Shown one piece after another: positions 1 to 8,281 of a DNA stretch of 64,000 nt (the stretch's first letter is position 1; each line of letters begins with the position of its first letter). Source of the stretch: Eubacteriales bacterium (GTDB lineage: Bacteria > Bacillota > Clostridia > Oscillospirales > CAG-272). The stretch spans positions 3,816-67,815 of the forward strand of contig JBMNUI010000002.1 of assembly GCA_050946195.1 (NCBI GenBank), in the 5' to 3' direction. The notes below the pieces were generated by a model. It was not told the DNA's origin. It did no database searches and saw only the letters and a program-made list of their open reading frames with translations. A program made the translations under genes and the position numbers.

Positions 1-63
1 TTCAGACGCGCCGCCGCGATGACGCATGCAAAAATTTACGTATATATTCAGGGAGGATTCCAA

Positions 64-3000
64 ATGGCAATCAAACGCAAGAAACTATCAATGGACGGCA
101 ATGCCGCTGCGGCGCACGTGTCATATGCGTTCACCGAAGTGGCTGCCATTTATCCCATAACGCCGTCGTCTCCGATGGCCGAACTGGTGGATTCCTGGGC
201 TGCAATCGGAAAGAATTATGCCGGCGACCCTGCGGTGAATATTTTCGGAGACAGAGTGAAGGTGGTCGAGATGCAGTCAGAAGCCGGAGCTGCCGGTGCG
301 GTGCACGGCTCGCTGGCCGCCGGCGCGCTGACCACTACATACACCGCATCCCAAGGGCTGTTGCTCATGATCCCCAATCTTTATAAAATCGCCGGCGAGC
401 TGCTCCCCGGGGTGGTTCATGTGGCGGCCCGGACGGTAGCCACACACGCGCTGAGCATATTCGGAGACCATTCGGATGTCTACGCCTGCCGTCAGACCGG
501 CTGCGCAATGATTGCCGAATCCAACCCGCAGGAGATAATGGACCTGGGGGCGGTGGCCCACCTGGCCGCAATCAAGGGAAGAGTTCCGTTTATCTCCTTC
601 TTTGACGGCTTCCGCACCTCGCACGAGATACAGAAAATCGAGGTCTGGGATCTCCCCGAGCTCAGGGCGCTTGTCGACATGAAGGCGGTCGAGGAGTTCC
701 GTGCCAGCGCGCTGAATCCCGAGCGCCCGGTGCTCCGCGGCTCGGCCGAGAACGGGGACATCTTCTTCCAGCACCGCGAAGCCTGCAACCCCTACTACAA
801 CGCGCTCCCCGACATTGTCGAGGATTACATGAACAAAATAAACGAGCTAATCGGCACAAATTACAAGCTCTTCAACTACTACGGAGCCCCCGATGCCGAG
901 CGGGTGATTGTTGCCATGGGCTCGGTCTGCGACGTCGCCGAGGAGGTTGTCGACTATATGAACGCACGCGGCGAGCGTGTCGGGCTTATCAAGGTCAGGC
1001 TTTACAGGCCCTTCTCGGCCGAGAGGCTTGTTGCCGCAATCCCCGAGACCGTCAAGAAAATTGCGGTTCTCGACCGCACCAAGGAGCCCGGCTCGATAGG
1101 CGAGCCGCTTTACCTTGACGTCGTGGCCGCACTCAACAAGGCCGGCAGGTCAACCCAAGTTGTGGGCGGCCGCTACGGGCTGAGCTCAAAGGACACGCCC
1201 CCCTCCTCTATCTTCGCGGTGTTTGACAATCTCGCCCTCGAGAACCCGAAAAACAACTTTACTGTCGGAATCGTTGACGATGTGACCGGGCTCTCGCTGC
1301 CCGAGCGCGAATGCCCCGACACCTCGCCGAGCGGCACCATCGCCTGCAAGTTCTGGGGGCTGGGCGGCGACGGTACTGTCAGTGCAAACAAGAACTCTAT
1401 CAAAATCATCGGCGACCACACCGACAAGTACATACAGGCATACTTCCAGTATGACTCCAAAAAGACCCTCGGCTTTACCATCTCGCACCTGCGCTTCGGT
1501 GACAAGCCGATAAAGAGCACCTACTATATAAAGAGAGCCGATTTTGTCGCATGCCACAACCACGCGTACCTCGACAAGTACGAGAGCATGCTCACCGACC
1601 TCAAGCCCGGGGGAACTTTCCTGCTTGACTGCCCCTGGAGTGAGGAGGAGCTCTCCGAGAAGCTGCCGGCAAAGGTCAAGAGATACATCGCACAGAATAA
1701 CATCAATTTTTACATTATAGACGCCACCGGTATTGCAACCAAAATCGGCAATGTCAAGGTCAAGAATACAGTGCTGCAGTCGGCCTTCTTCTCGCTGGCG
1801 GGAGTCCTGCCGAAGGACAAGGCTATCGAGTATATGAAGAAGGCAGCCTACAAGTCCTATATCAGCAAGGGTCAGGCAATAGTCAACCTCAATTATGCCG
1901 CCATCGACGCCGGAAGCGACGCCGTGGTGAAGGTCAATGTGCCCGAAGAGTGGAAGTACTGCGCACCCGACCTGCCGAAGGCGTCCTTTGAAAGTAAGCG
2001 CGCCGACCTTGCAGAGTATGTCAACAAAATTTCGCGGGTTGTCAACAGCATGGACGGCGACCTGTTGCCGGTATCGGCTTTCAAGGACCGCCCCGACGGC
2101 ACCTTCCCGCTGGGCGCATCTGCCGACGACAAGCGCGGTGTTGCCGTGAATGTACCGGTCTGGCATCCCGAGAACTGCATCCAGTGCAACCAGTGCGCCT
2201 TCGTCTGTCCGCATGCCGCAATCCGGCCCTTTGCCATGACCGAGGCCGAGGCCACCGCAGCGCCGGCACAGACCAAGTTTGCCGCAAGGCCGGTTGTCAA
2301 GACCAATTATAAGTTCACCATTGCAATCAGTCCGCTCGACTGCATGGGCTGCACGCTTTGCGTCAAGGCCTGCCCGACCAAGCCCGAAAAGCGCGCTCTC
2401 GAGATGACAAACATCGACAGCCAGCGCGACCAGCAGGCGGTGTTCGACTATGCCGTCCAGAATGTGTCCGAAAAACCCGAGCTTATCAACAATACCATCA
2501 AGGGCAGCCAGTTCAAGCAGCCGCTGCTTGAGTTCTCGGGCGCCTGCGCGGGCTGCGCCGAAACGGTATATGCACGCCTTATCACGCAGCTCTTCGGCGA
2601 GAGAATGTATATTGCCAACGCGACAGGCTGCTCCTCAATCTGGGGCGGTCAGGCTCCCGGCTTCCCGTATACCGTAAACAAAGAAAGCGGGCGCGGCCCG
2701 GCCTGGGCAAACTCGCTCTTTGAGGACAACGCCGAGTTCGGGCTCGGAATTATGCTCGGCCAGAAGGTTATCCGCGAGCGGCTGATCTCGCTTGTCAGAA
2801 AGCTCTCCGAGAACTACGCAAAGCTTGAGGGTGCCGCCGATATGAAGGCGGTGGCCGACAGATATCTTGAAACGGTCAACGACGGTGCCGCAAACGCCGA
2901 GGCCACAAAAGCGCTGGTCGAGATGCTGAGGAAAAATGTCTGCAAGACCGACTGCGACTACTGCGAGGCCGAGCGGAAGATACTCGAAGGCGCCGAATAT

Positions 3001-3657
3001 CTGACCAAAAAGTCGGTCTGGATCTTCGGCGGCGACGGCTGGGCTTACGATATCGGCTTCGGCGGGCTTGACCATGTGCTTGCCTCGGGCGAAGACGTGA
3101 ATATCATGGTATTTGACACCGAGGTTTACTCCAACACCGGCGGGCAGGCGTCAAAGGCCTCCCAAATAGGTCAGGTGGCGCAGTTCGCCGCGGCCGGCAA
3201 GCCGATTAACAAGAAGAACCTCGCCGAAATCGCGCTGTCCTACGGATATGCCTATGTCGCGCAGGTTGCGGTAGGCGCCGATATGAACCAGACCCTCAAA
3301 GCCATACGCGAGGCCGAGGCCTATCCCGGACCGTCGCTGATTATCGGCTACGCGCCCTGTGAGATGCACGGTCTCAAGGGCGGTATGAAGAACAGCCAGC
3401 TCGAGATGAAGCGTGCGGTCGAGGCCGGCTACTGGCATCTCTTCCGCTACAATCCGGCAGCTGAGGGGGCAAACAGATTCGTCATCGACTCCAAGGAGCC
3501 GACCGGAAGCTACATCGACTTCATCTCCTCCGAGGTGCGGTACGCGCGGCTTGCCCAGCAGTTCCCCGAGAGGGCAAAGGAGCTCTTCGCCAAAGCCGAG
3601 GAGGCCGCAAAGGCAAGATACAACAGACTTCTCAAGTACAAGCAACTCTACGAGTAA
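64..3657 (+). CDS. nifJ: pyruvate:ferredoxin (flavodoxin) oxidoreductase, single-chain PFOR
   Basis: About 1198 aa. N-terminal IYPITPSSPMAE, two 4Fe-4S motifs (CIQCNQCAFVCP, CMGCTLCVKACP) and TPP-binding GGDGWAYDIG. Start moved from 19 to ATG 64, which follows GGGAGG. Confidence 0.93.
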   Translation: MAIKRKKLSMDGNAAAAHVSYAFTEVAAIYPITPSSPMAELVDSWAAIGKNYAGDPAVNIFGDRVKVVEMQSEAGAAGAVHGSLAAGALTTTYTASQGLLLMIPNLYKIAGELLPGVVHVAARTVATHALSIFGDHSDVYACRQTGCAMIAESNPQEIMDLGAVAHLAAIKGRVPFISFFDGFRTSHEIQKIEVWDLPELRALVDMKAVEEFRASALNPERPVLRGSAENGDIFFQHREACNPYYNALPDIVEDYMNKINELIGTNYKLFNYYGAPDAERVIVAMGSVCDVAEEVVDYMNARGERVGLIKVRLYRPFSAERLVAAIPETVKKIAVLDRTKEPGSIGEPLYLDVVAALNKAGRSTQVVGGRYGLSSKDTPPSSIFAVFDNLALENPKNNFTVGIVDDVTGLSLPERECPDTSPSGTIACKFWGLGGDGTVSANKNSIKIIGDHTDKYIQAYFQYDSKKTLGFTISHLRFGDKPIKSTYYIKRADFVACHNHAYLDKYESMLTDLKPGGTFLLDCPWSEEELSEKLPAKVKRYIAQNNINFYIIDATGIATKIGNVKVKNTVLQSAFFSLAGVLPKDKAIEYMKKAAYKSYISKGQAIVNLNYAAIDAGSDAVVKVNVPEEWKYCAPDLPKASFESKRADLAEYVNKISRVVNSMDGDLLPVSAFKDRPDGTFPLGASADDKRGVAVNVPVWHPENCIQCNQCAFVCPHAAIRPFAMTEAEATAAPAQTKFAARPVVKTNYKFTIAISPLDCMGCTLCVKACPTKPEKRALEMTNIDSQRDQQAVFDYAVQNVSEKPELINNTIKGSQFKQPLLEFSGACAGCAETVYARLITQLFGERMYIANATGCSSIWGGQAPGFPYTVNKESGRGPAWANSLFEDNAEFGLGIMLGQKVIRERLISLVRKLSENYAKLEGAADMKAVADRYLETVNDGAANAEATKALVEMLRKNVCKTDCDYCEAERKILEGAEYLTKKSVWIFGGDGWAYDIGFGGLDHVLASGEDVNIMVFDTEVYSNTGGQASKASQIGQVAQFAAAGKPINKKNLAEIALSYGYAYVAQVAVGADMNQTLKAIREAEAYPGPSLIIGYAPCEMHGLKGGMKNSQLEMKRAVEAGYWHLFRYNPAAEGANRFVIDSKEPTGSYIDFISSEVRYARLAQQFPERAKELFAKAEEAAKARYNRLLKYKQLYE

Positions 3658-3673
3658 GCCTATACAACACAGC

Positions 3674-3709
3674 AAGGCCGCTGTCACATGGCAGCGGCCT
3701 TGTTTGCGT
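3674..3709 (+). terminator. intrinsic terminator after nifJ
   Basis: 10-bp stem AAGGCCGCTG/CAGCGGCCTT with an 8-nt loop, followed by GTTTGCGTT. Confidence 0.75.
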
Positions 3710-3711
3710 TC

Positions 3712-3747
3712 GGGGGCTACTTCTGCCCCACATCCCGCTTAAGACTC
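3712..3747 (+). repeat. GC-hairpin + CCCGCTTAAGA intergenic motif, copy 1
   Basis: GGGGGCTACTTCTGCCCCACATCCCGCTTAAGACTC. Related copies at 38101, 57338, 54907 and 5096. Confidence 0.6.
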
Positions 3748-3804
3748 TTTTTTCACGGCAGAGCCCCACAGCAAAGCGGGGGACAAAACTGTCCCCCGCC
3801 CTTT

Positions 3805-3880
3805 TGGCTGCGGCACTAGGATTCGAACCTAGGTAATGACGGAGTCAGAGTCCGTTGCCTTACCGCTTGGCGATGCCGCA
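3805..3880 (-). tRNA. tRNA-Gln (anticodon CUG)
   Basis: Hand-folded cloverleaf: acceptor TGCGGCA/TGCCGCA, anticodon stem ACGGA/TCCGT with loop CTCTGAC, T-arm CTAGG-TTCGAAT-CCTAG, encoded CCA. Confidence 0.9.
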
Positions 3881-3902
3881 ATATATTCTTCAGACAAAGC
3901 GT

Positions 3903-3931
3903 ATTATACCAAAATGATTCCTGTTTGTCAA
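3903..3931 (-). promoter_or_regulatory. sigma-A type promoter for tRNA-Gln
   Basis: The minus strand reads TTGACA-N17-TATAAT exactly, with TGg extended -10, about 20 nt upstream of the tRNA 5' end. Confidence 0.8.
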
Positions 3932-4355
3932 GATGAAAATATATCAAAAATTGCAGGTTTTGTTGGTTATCCGCTGATACAAAACAAGCGGGGTGTAGTG
4001 ACAAGCCGGGCTTGTTAATCCGGCTTTGAAAACCTGTCAACCGCCTCGGCGACTCCGACGTCTGTCTGGTAAAAGCTATTTATGACCGTGATTTTATTTG
4101 CAATCGTCAAAAGAATAAGGCGCGGCCGAAGGTTCCTTTTCGGTCCCGATATTCATAAGCTCTGTTATCTGCTCCGATCCGGCCACATTTTGAGTCACGA
4201 AAAGCACAAATAACACTATATATTGAATTTATCTTTATCACCATGTGATTTTTTACAAAAAACCACTTTTATTTTATTGTGTTTTGTATTATAATTAAAC
4301 ATGAGAGAATATCAAAAAAAGCCGCCCGGCCGAATCTTACAACCCGGAGGAGAAA

Positions 4356-5033
4356 ATGAAACAGAAGTACAGAATCACCGTCGCCGATATTGAAATGAAT
4401 ATCCTGAGCGATGCAACTGCCGAAGAGGTTGAGGCGATAGTAAACAAGATAGACCGCAGAATCCGCGAAATCTGCCTGCGCAGTCCCCGGATTACAAAAA
4501 GCGAGGCGATGCTACTTTGCGCGCTTGAGTTCTGTTCAGAGCGAGACATGGCGGCCAAAGAGCGCGGCTGTGCCGACGAGGAATTTGAAAAGCTGAAAGA
4601 GGAAAATGCAAGACTTGCAGATGACATAAGTAAGCTTGAGTCAAGGCTCGAAGCGCAAAAAGAGAAGTACGAGGCAGAGCTTGCAGCGCAGAAGGAAAAA
4701 TACGAGTCGGCGGCATCAATACAAAAGGAAAAGTATGAAGAGCGCATTCAAATAATGAAGGAAAAATATGAGGCGCGCATAAACTCCCTCAAGGCCAAAT
4801 GCGACGAGCTGAAAAAGGGCGGCGCGGCGGCATCCCGGCAGGTTCGCATGGAGTTAGATGCCGACACGGTAGAGCCTGAAGAAAAAAAAGAGGAGAGTAA
4901 TGCTGATTCTCCCGCAAAAGCCGAAACAACCGACGCCGGGCAGCCGGCAGACGAGAAAAAGAAGGAGCCACGGGGCAAGGGTAAAAGCAGGGTCGGCTCA
5001 ATGTTTGATCTTCTGACTTTTAACGATGTATAA
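4356..5033 (+). CDS. ZapA-like cell-division protein with a long coiled-coil/low-complexity tail
   Basis: The N-terminal ~65 aa (YRITVADIEMNILSD..EEVEAIVNKIDRRIRE..LLCALEF) resembles the ZapA fold family. GGAGGAG RBS. The C-terminal half is Glu/Lys-rich. Confidence 0.55.
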   Translation: MKQKYRITVADIEMNILSDATAEEVEAIVNKIDRRIREICLRSPRITKSEAMLLCALEFCSERDMAAKERGCADEEFEKLKEENARLADDISKLESRLEAQKEKYEAELAAQKEKYESAASIQKEKYEERIQIMKEKYEARINSLKAKCDELKKGGAAASRQVRMELDADTVEPEEKKEESNADSPAKAETTDAGQPADEKKKEPRGKGKSRVGSMFDLLTFNDV

Positions 5034-5060
5034 GCGGCGGTGGTCTCTCACTGCGAAAAA

Positions 5061-5090
5061 GAAAAAGGGGTACTGCCCCTTTTTTCTTTT
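5061..5090 (+). terminator. intrinsic terminator after the zapA-like gene
   Basis: GAAAAAGGGG-tactg-CCCCTTTTTC followed by a T run. Confidence 0.7.
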
Positions 5091-5326
5091 GATGCGAGGG
5101 GCGCTGCCCCTGACCATTTTCACATTTGAAAAAAGCAACCGAATATGGCAATTAATACTTGTTGTTTCAGTAAATATATGGTACAATTATTAAAATGTCA
5201 GAGCACCCGATTGTCATAGCTAATTGAATTCATTTAGCAGAGAGGAGCAACAAATATGGACGACCATAATATCTATGATAAGAAATCCGAAGCGGGCAAA
5301 GGCAACATTTCTCACGCGCCGGGGAT

Positions 5327-5989
5327 TTATTTGTCCCCGGCCTGCTCTCTTTCAAGACGCCGCATTGTGTCCCGGATTTCGGCAAGCAGCTCGGTTTGAG
5401 CCGCCACGTTGGCGACAAACTCGCTTTTCATTTTGTTGAGCCGCTCTTCCTCGGCCTTCCTCTTCTCTTCCTCGGCCTTCCTCTTCTCTTCCTCGGCTTT
5501 TTTCTTTTCTTCTTCGGCGCGGGCTTTAGCCTGGGCAGCCTCGATTTCCTTGCGGCTCATCCCTTCCCTGATTTTTGTGAGGATTTTCACAACCACGAAT
5601 ATTGTGAGCGAAATTATCAAAAAGTCAATAAGGCTCTGCAAAAACAGCCCGTAAGTCACCGCCACCTCGGGCGTGCCCTCAATCCCCGCCACCTCGTCGG
5701 CCGGCACCTCGGGCACAATCACCCATTTGAGCCCCGACAGGTCACCGGTACGCAACAGCAGCCCGGTAAGCGGTGTGATTATGCTTGACACAAGCGTGCT
5801 TACAATTTTGTTAAACGCGGAGCCGATGACCACCGCAACCGCCAAATCTATAATATTCCCCCGGACAGCAAACTTTTTAAACTCCTGCCAGAAGCTCTTT
5901 GAGCGTTTTTCAACCTTCTCGCCGACCTCGCGCGTTACACTGACGACCTCTTTCAGTTTCTCTTTTTTTTCTTTCTTTTTCGCCGACAT
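5327..5989 (-). CDS. mscL: large-conductance mechanosensitive channel MscL with N- and C-terminal charged extensions
   Basis: Core motif [27 protein letters not shown]. Start set to ATG 5989, behind GGAGGGG. About 220 aa versus about 130-150 typical. Confidence 0.85.
   Translation of the reverse strand: MSAKKKEKKEKLKEVVSVTREVGEKVEKRSKSFWQEFKKFAVRGNIIDLAVAVVIGSAFNKIVSTLVSSIITPLTGLLLRTGDLSGLKWVIVPEVPADEVAGIEGTPEVAVTYGLFLQSLIDFLIISLTIFVVVKILTKIREGMSRKEIEAAQAKARAEEEKKKAEEEKRKAEEEKRKAEEERLNKMKSEFVANVAAQTELLAEIRDTMRRLEREQAGDK
5445..5497. repeat. 21-bp perfect tandem repeat, 2.5 copies, inside mscL
   Basis: TCTTCCTCGGCCTTCCTCTTC x2 plus an 11-nt partial copy. It encodes (AEEEKRK)n in the MscL C-terminal tail. 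Confidence 0.9.
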
Positions 5990-6023
5990 GCATTTCCCCT
6001 CCTCGACATTATAATCCGACTCT

Positions 6024-6052
6024 ATACTACCACCTCGGAGCCGGTTTGTCAA
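6024..6052 (-). promoter_or_regulatory. candidate promoter for mscL
   Basis: Minus strand TTGACA-N17-TAGTAT, about 35 nt upstream of the mscL start. Confidence 0.5.
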
Positions 6053-6067
6053 TCGCCTGCAAAAATA

Positions 6068-6096
6068 TTGACATGCCGGCGTTTATTTGATATAAT
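6068..6096 (+). promoter_or_regulatory. sigma-A type promoter for tRNA-Pro
   Basis: Exact TTGACA-N17-TATAAT ending about 30 nt before the tRNA. Confidence 0.8.
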
Positions 6097-6125
6097 GGCT
6101 TGGCGCGAAAGTGCACATTGACGCT

Positions 6126-6201
6126 CGGGGTGTGGCGCAGTTGGTAGCGCGCGACATTTGGGATGTTGAGGCCGCTGGTTCGAATCCAGTCACTCCGACC
6201 A
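6126..6201 (+). tRNA. tRNA-Pro (anticodon UGG)
   Basis: Acceptor CGGGGTG/CACTCCG with a C1-G72 pair, anticodon stem CGACA/TGTTG with loop TTTGGGA, T-loop GGTTCGAATCC, encoded CCA. Confidence 0.9.
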
Positions 6202-6281
6202 ACAAAAAAGCTTGTTCCATGGCTTGTCGGCCTGGAATAAGCCTCTTTTTATAAGCACCGCACAAATTACGATAAAACTGC

Positions 6282-7286
6282 TTACCTGACGGATATCATT
6301 TCCTTTACTGTCGGCCACGCAGCGGCGGCGTAAAATCTATGCCCCGCAGGTCCGGTTACAAGCCGGCAGTTGTCGGGGGCGCCGGCGGCTTCATACATTT
6401 TCTTAATTGTCTCATATGCCTCAAACACCCCTTCCCTCGGGAAAATTTCGTCATTTATTCCGTGAACGACAACCAGCTTTCGCGGGGCGATAAGTCCTGC
6501 AAGATCTCCCATATCAAAATGCTCTGCAATTTTCGGGATGAAGTTGCAGACGCAGTGCCTTATCGCGGCAATCGAGTCGCGGTATGTACACACCGAGCAG
6601 GAAGGCATTGCAAGAGTTATGCGCTCGTCAATACAGGAGGCATAAAACGTAACCGTCCCGCCGCCGGAGTTCCCCATGCAGTATATGTTTAAGGGGTCAA
6701 TGCAATCAAAGCGGCTCAATGTTGCGTCGAGCACGCGCGAGACGTCCCAAACCCTCTCGCCGATTATCGTCCTTCCGAGCAGCAGCGCGGTCATTGCCGG
6801 TATGTGGCAGGCAGGACCTTTCGGAGTGCCGCCCAGGGCGCCGAAGCCGCGCATTTCAATGACAAGCGCACAATATCCTTCGCGTAGTGCCTGAAGCGCA
6901 AAGTCCCGGTCGCCGCCCTTGATATATTCATTGTCTCCCGGATAAACCGCCCGCCCCAGAGAAATATGCGCCCCGGTGGTGTGACCCTGCAGGCAGATGA
7001 CCAGCGGGTTCTTTGCCTTTGCGTTCTGCGGCAGGCAGAAGTGGCAGGGAACAAGGAAGCCGGGCTCGGTTTCAACCGAAAAGGTGTATTCGTCAAAGGC
7101 CTGCTCCCCGGTTTTCTTAAAATTGCAAACAAGCGGCTCGCACACTTCAATTTTCTCAAGCCCGAGAAGCTCGCCGAGCTTTGCCCGGGCATTTTTCTGC
7201 CATTTGAGAAAATCCTCGTTTTCGGAATAGCGCAAAGACGGCGTTGTTTTGCGCATCAGACAAAGCTCGTACTCTGCAGGAAACAT
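6282..7286 (-). CDS. alpha/beta-hydrolase fold esterase (acetyl-esterase/dienelactone-hydrolase-like)
   Basis: Nucleophile elbow GNSGGG. 334 aa. GGAGGAG RBS. Lies 15 bp downstream of the AraC gene on the same strand. Confidence 0.6.
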   Translation of the reverse strand: MFPAEYELCLMRKTTPSLRYSENEDFLKWQKNARAKLGELLGLEKIEVCEPLVCNFKKTGEQAFDEYTFSVETEPGFLVPCHFCLPQNAKAKNPLVICLQGHTTGAHISLGRAVYPGDNEYIKGGDRDFALQALREGYCALVIEMRGFGALGGTPKGPACHIPAMTALLLGRTIIGERVWDVSRVLDATLSRFDCIDPLNIYCMGNSGGGTVTFYASCIDERITLAMPSCSVCTYRDSIAAIRHCVCNFIPKIAEHFDMGDLAGLIAPRKLVVVHGINDEIFPREGVFEAYETIKKMYEAAGAPDNCRLVTGPAGHRFYAAAAWPTVKEMISVR

Positions 7287-7301
7287 TTGTTCTCCTCCCT
7301 A

Positions 7302-8126
7302 TTATTTTTGTTTTAGCCGCCGGTACTCCTGCGGGCTCATACCCATTTCCCTTCTGAAGACCTTGCTGAAATACGACGAGGAATTGAAGCCGCAGCGCGT
7401 AGCTATTTCGGTGATTTTATATTTGCCGGTGTCGATAAGGCGGCAGGCTTCGCGTATTTTTACCATGTTTATGTATGAAATCAACTGGACGCCGAGTTTT
7501 TCGGGGAAAATGTGGCAGAGGTGATATTTCGATATAAAGAATTTTTCGGCCAGCTCATCAGCCGATGTTATGTGTCGGAAATTTTCGTTTATGTATCGTA
7601 CAATGAGGTTTAACCGGTTGTCCGAAACCTCACCGATGTATGTGTTCTTTGATGTTGAAATAGTGAAGAGCAGCTCAAAAAGCAGGCAGGCAAGGTATGG
7701 ATAATTCTGCTCTGCACCTTTTGCGGTGTTGCCTGTATACTCAAATAGTATTTTATAGATTATTGCGCTCAGCTTTTTGCCGGTCTCCTCGTCGGGCCGG
7801 AACACCCTGGGGCAAAACCCCGACATTATTGTATCAATTATCTTATCGGAAAAGAAATGCCCGAGAAATTCATTTGAAAAATATATCAGGATTCGTGTTG
7901 CTCCCTTGCCGTCGGTCCGGTGGAGCAGATTTTGCGGGACAAAAACAAAGTCGCCCTTTGCAGCCTTCATGAAGCTGCTTTCGATAAAATACTCGCGCTC
8001 GCCCTCGATAATATAGTAGATTTCGTTGGACGGATGATAATGCATTATTTTCTGAGGGGTTTTCAATGTATACTTTTCGATATAAAAGTCTTTTGTCAAA
8101 ACAAATGCGGTTTGCGACAAAACCAC
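7302..8126 (-). CDS. AraC-family transcriptional regulator (cupin N-domain + HTH)
   Basis: C-terminal IATRCGFNSSSYFSKVFRREMGMSPQEYRR and cupin-like HYHPSNEIYYIIEG. The start is GTG at 8126, so its position is uncertain. Confidence 0.82.
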   Translation of the reverse strand: MVLSQTAFVLTKDFYIEKYTLKTPQKIMHYHPSNEIYYIIEGEREYFIESSFMKAAKGDFVFVPQNLLHRTDGKGATRILIYFSNEFLGHFFSDKIIDTIMSGFCPRVFRPDEETGKKLSAIIYKILFEYTGNTAKGAEQNYPYLACLLFELLFTISTSKNTYIGEVSDNRLNLIVRYINENFRHITSADELAEKFFISKYHLCHIFPEKLGVQLISYINMVKIREACRLIDTGKYKITEIATRCGFNSSSYFSKVFRREMGMSPQEYRRLKQK

Positions 8127-8281
8127 ACCCCCTGTCTGTTCTTGACTTAATTATATTAAAAGAACAGCTTCATGGCAATAAGAATCGCAATAAATTACAA
8201 CATTTTAAAAAAATTCACAATAATGTTATATACATTTGTTTGCGCCTGAATTATAATCATTAAACAGGAAGAGGTTTTGCA

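Noticed and set aside
19-63. N-terminally extended ORF-track starts (for example 19 for nifJ, 20525 for glnA, 12985 for SBP2, 6052 for mscL, 62743 for serS, 57276, 59912, 30814, 44934, 45520 and 23608).
   Set aside because: The extensions lack an RBS, often run through predicted promoters or terminators, and precede an internal start with a good Shine-Dalgarno sequence and the canonical family N-terminus. The shorter coordinates were used instead.
5445-5497. CRISPR-like arrays (tandem repeats at 5445-5497 and 23555-23580).
   Set aside because: The repeats are contiguous with no spacers, have only about 2-2.5 units, and one lies in frame inside mscL. No cas genes are present. No other regularly spaced repeats were seen in the window.
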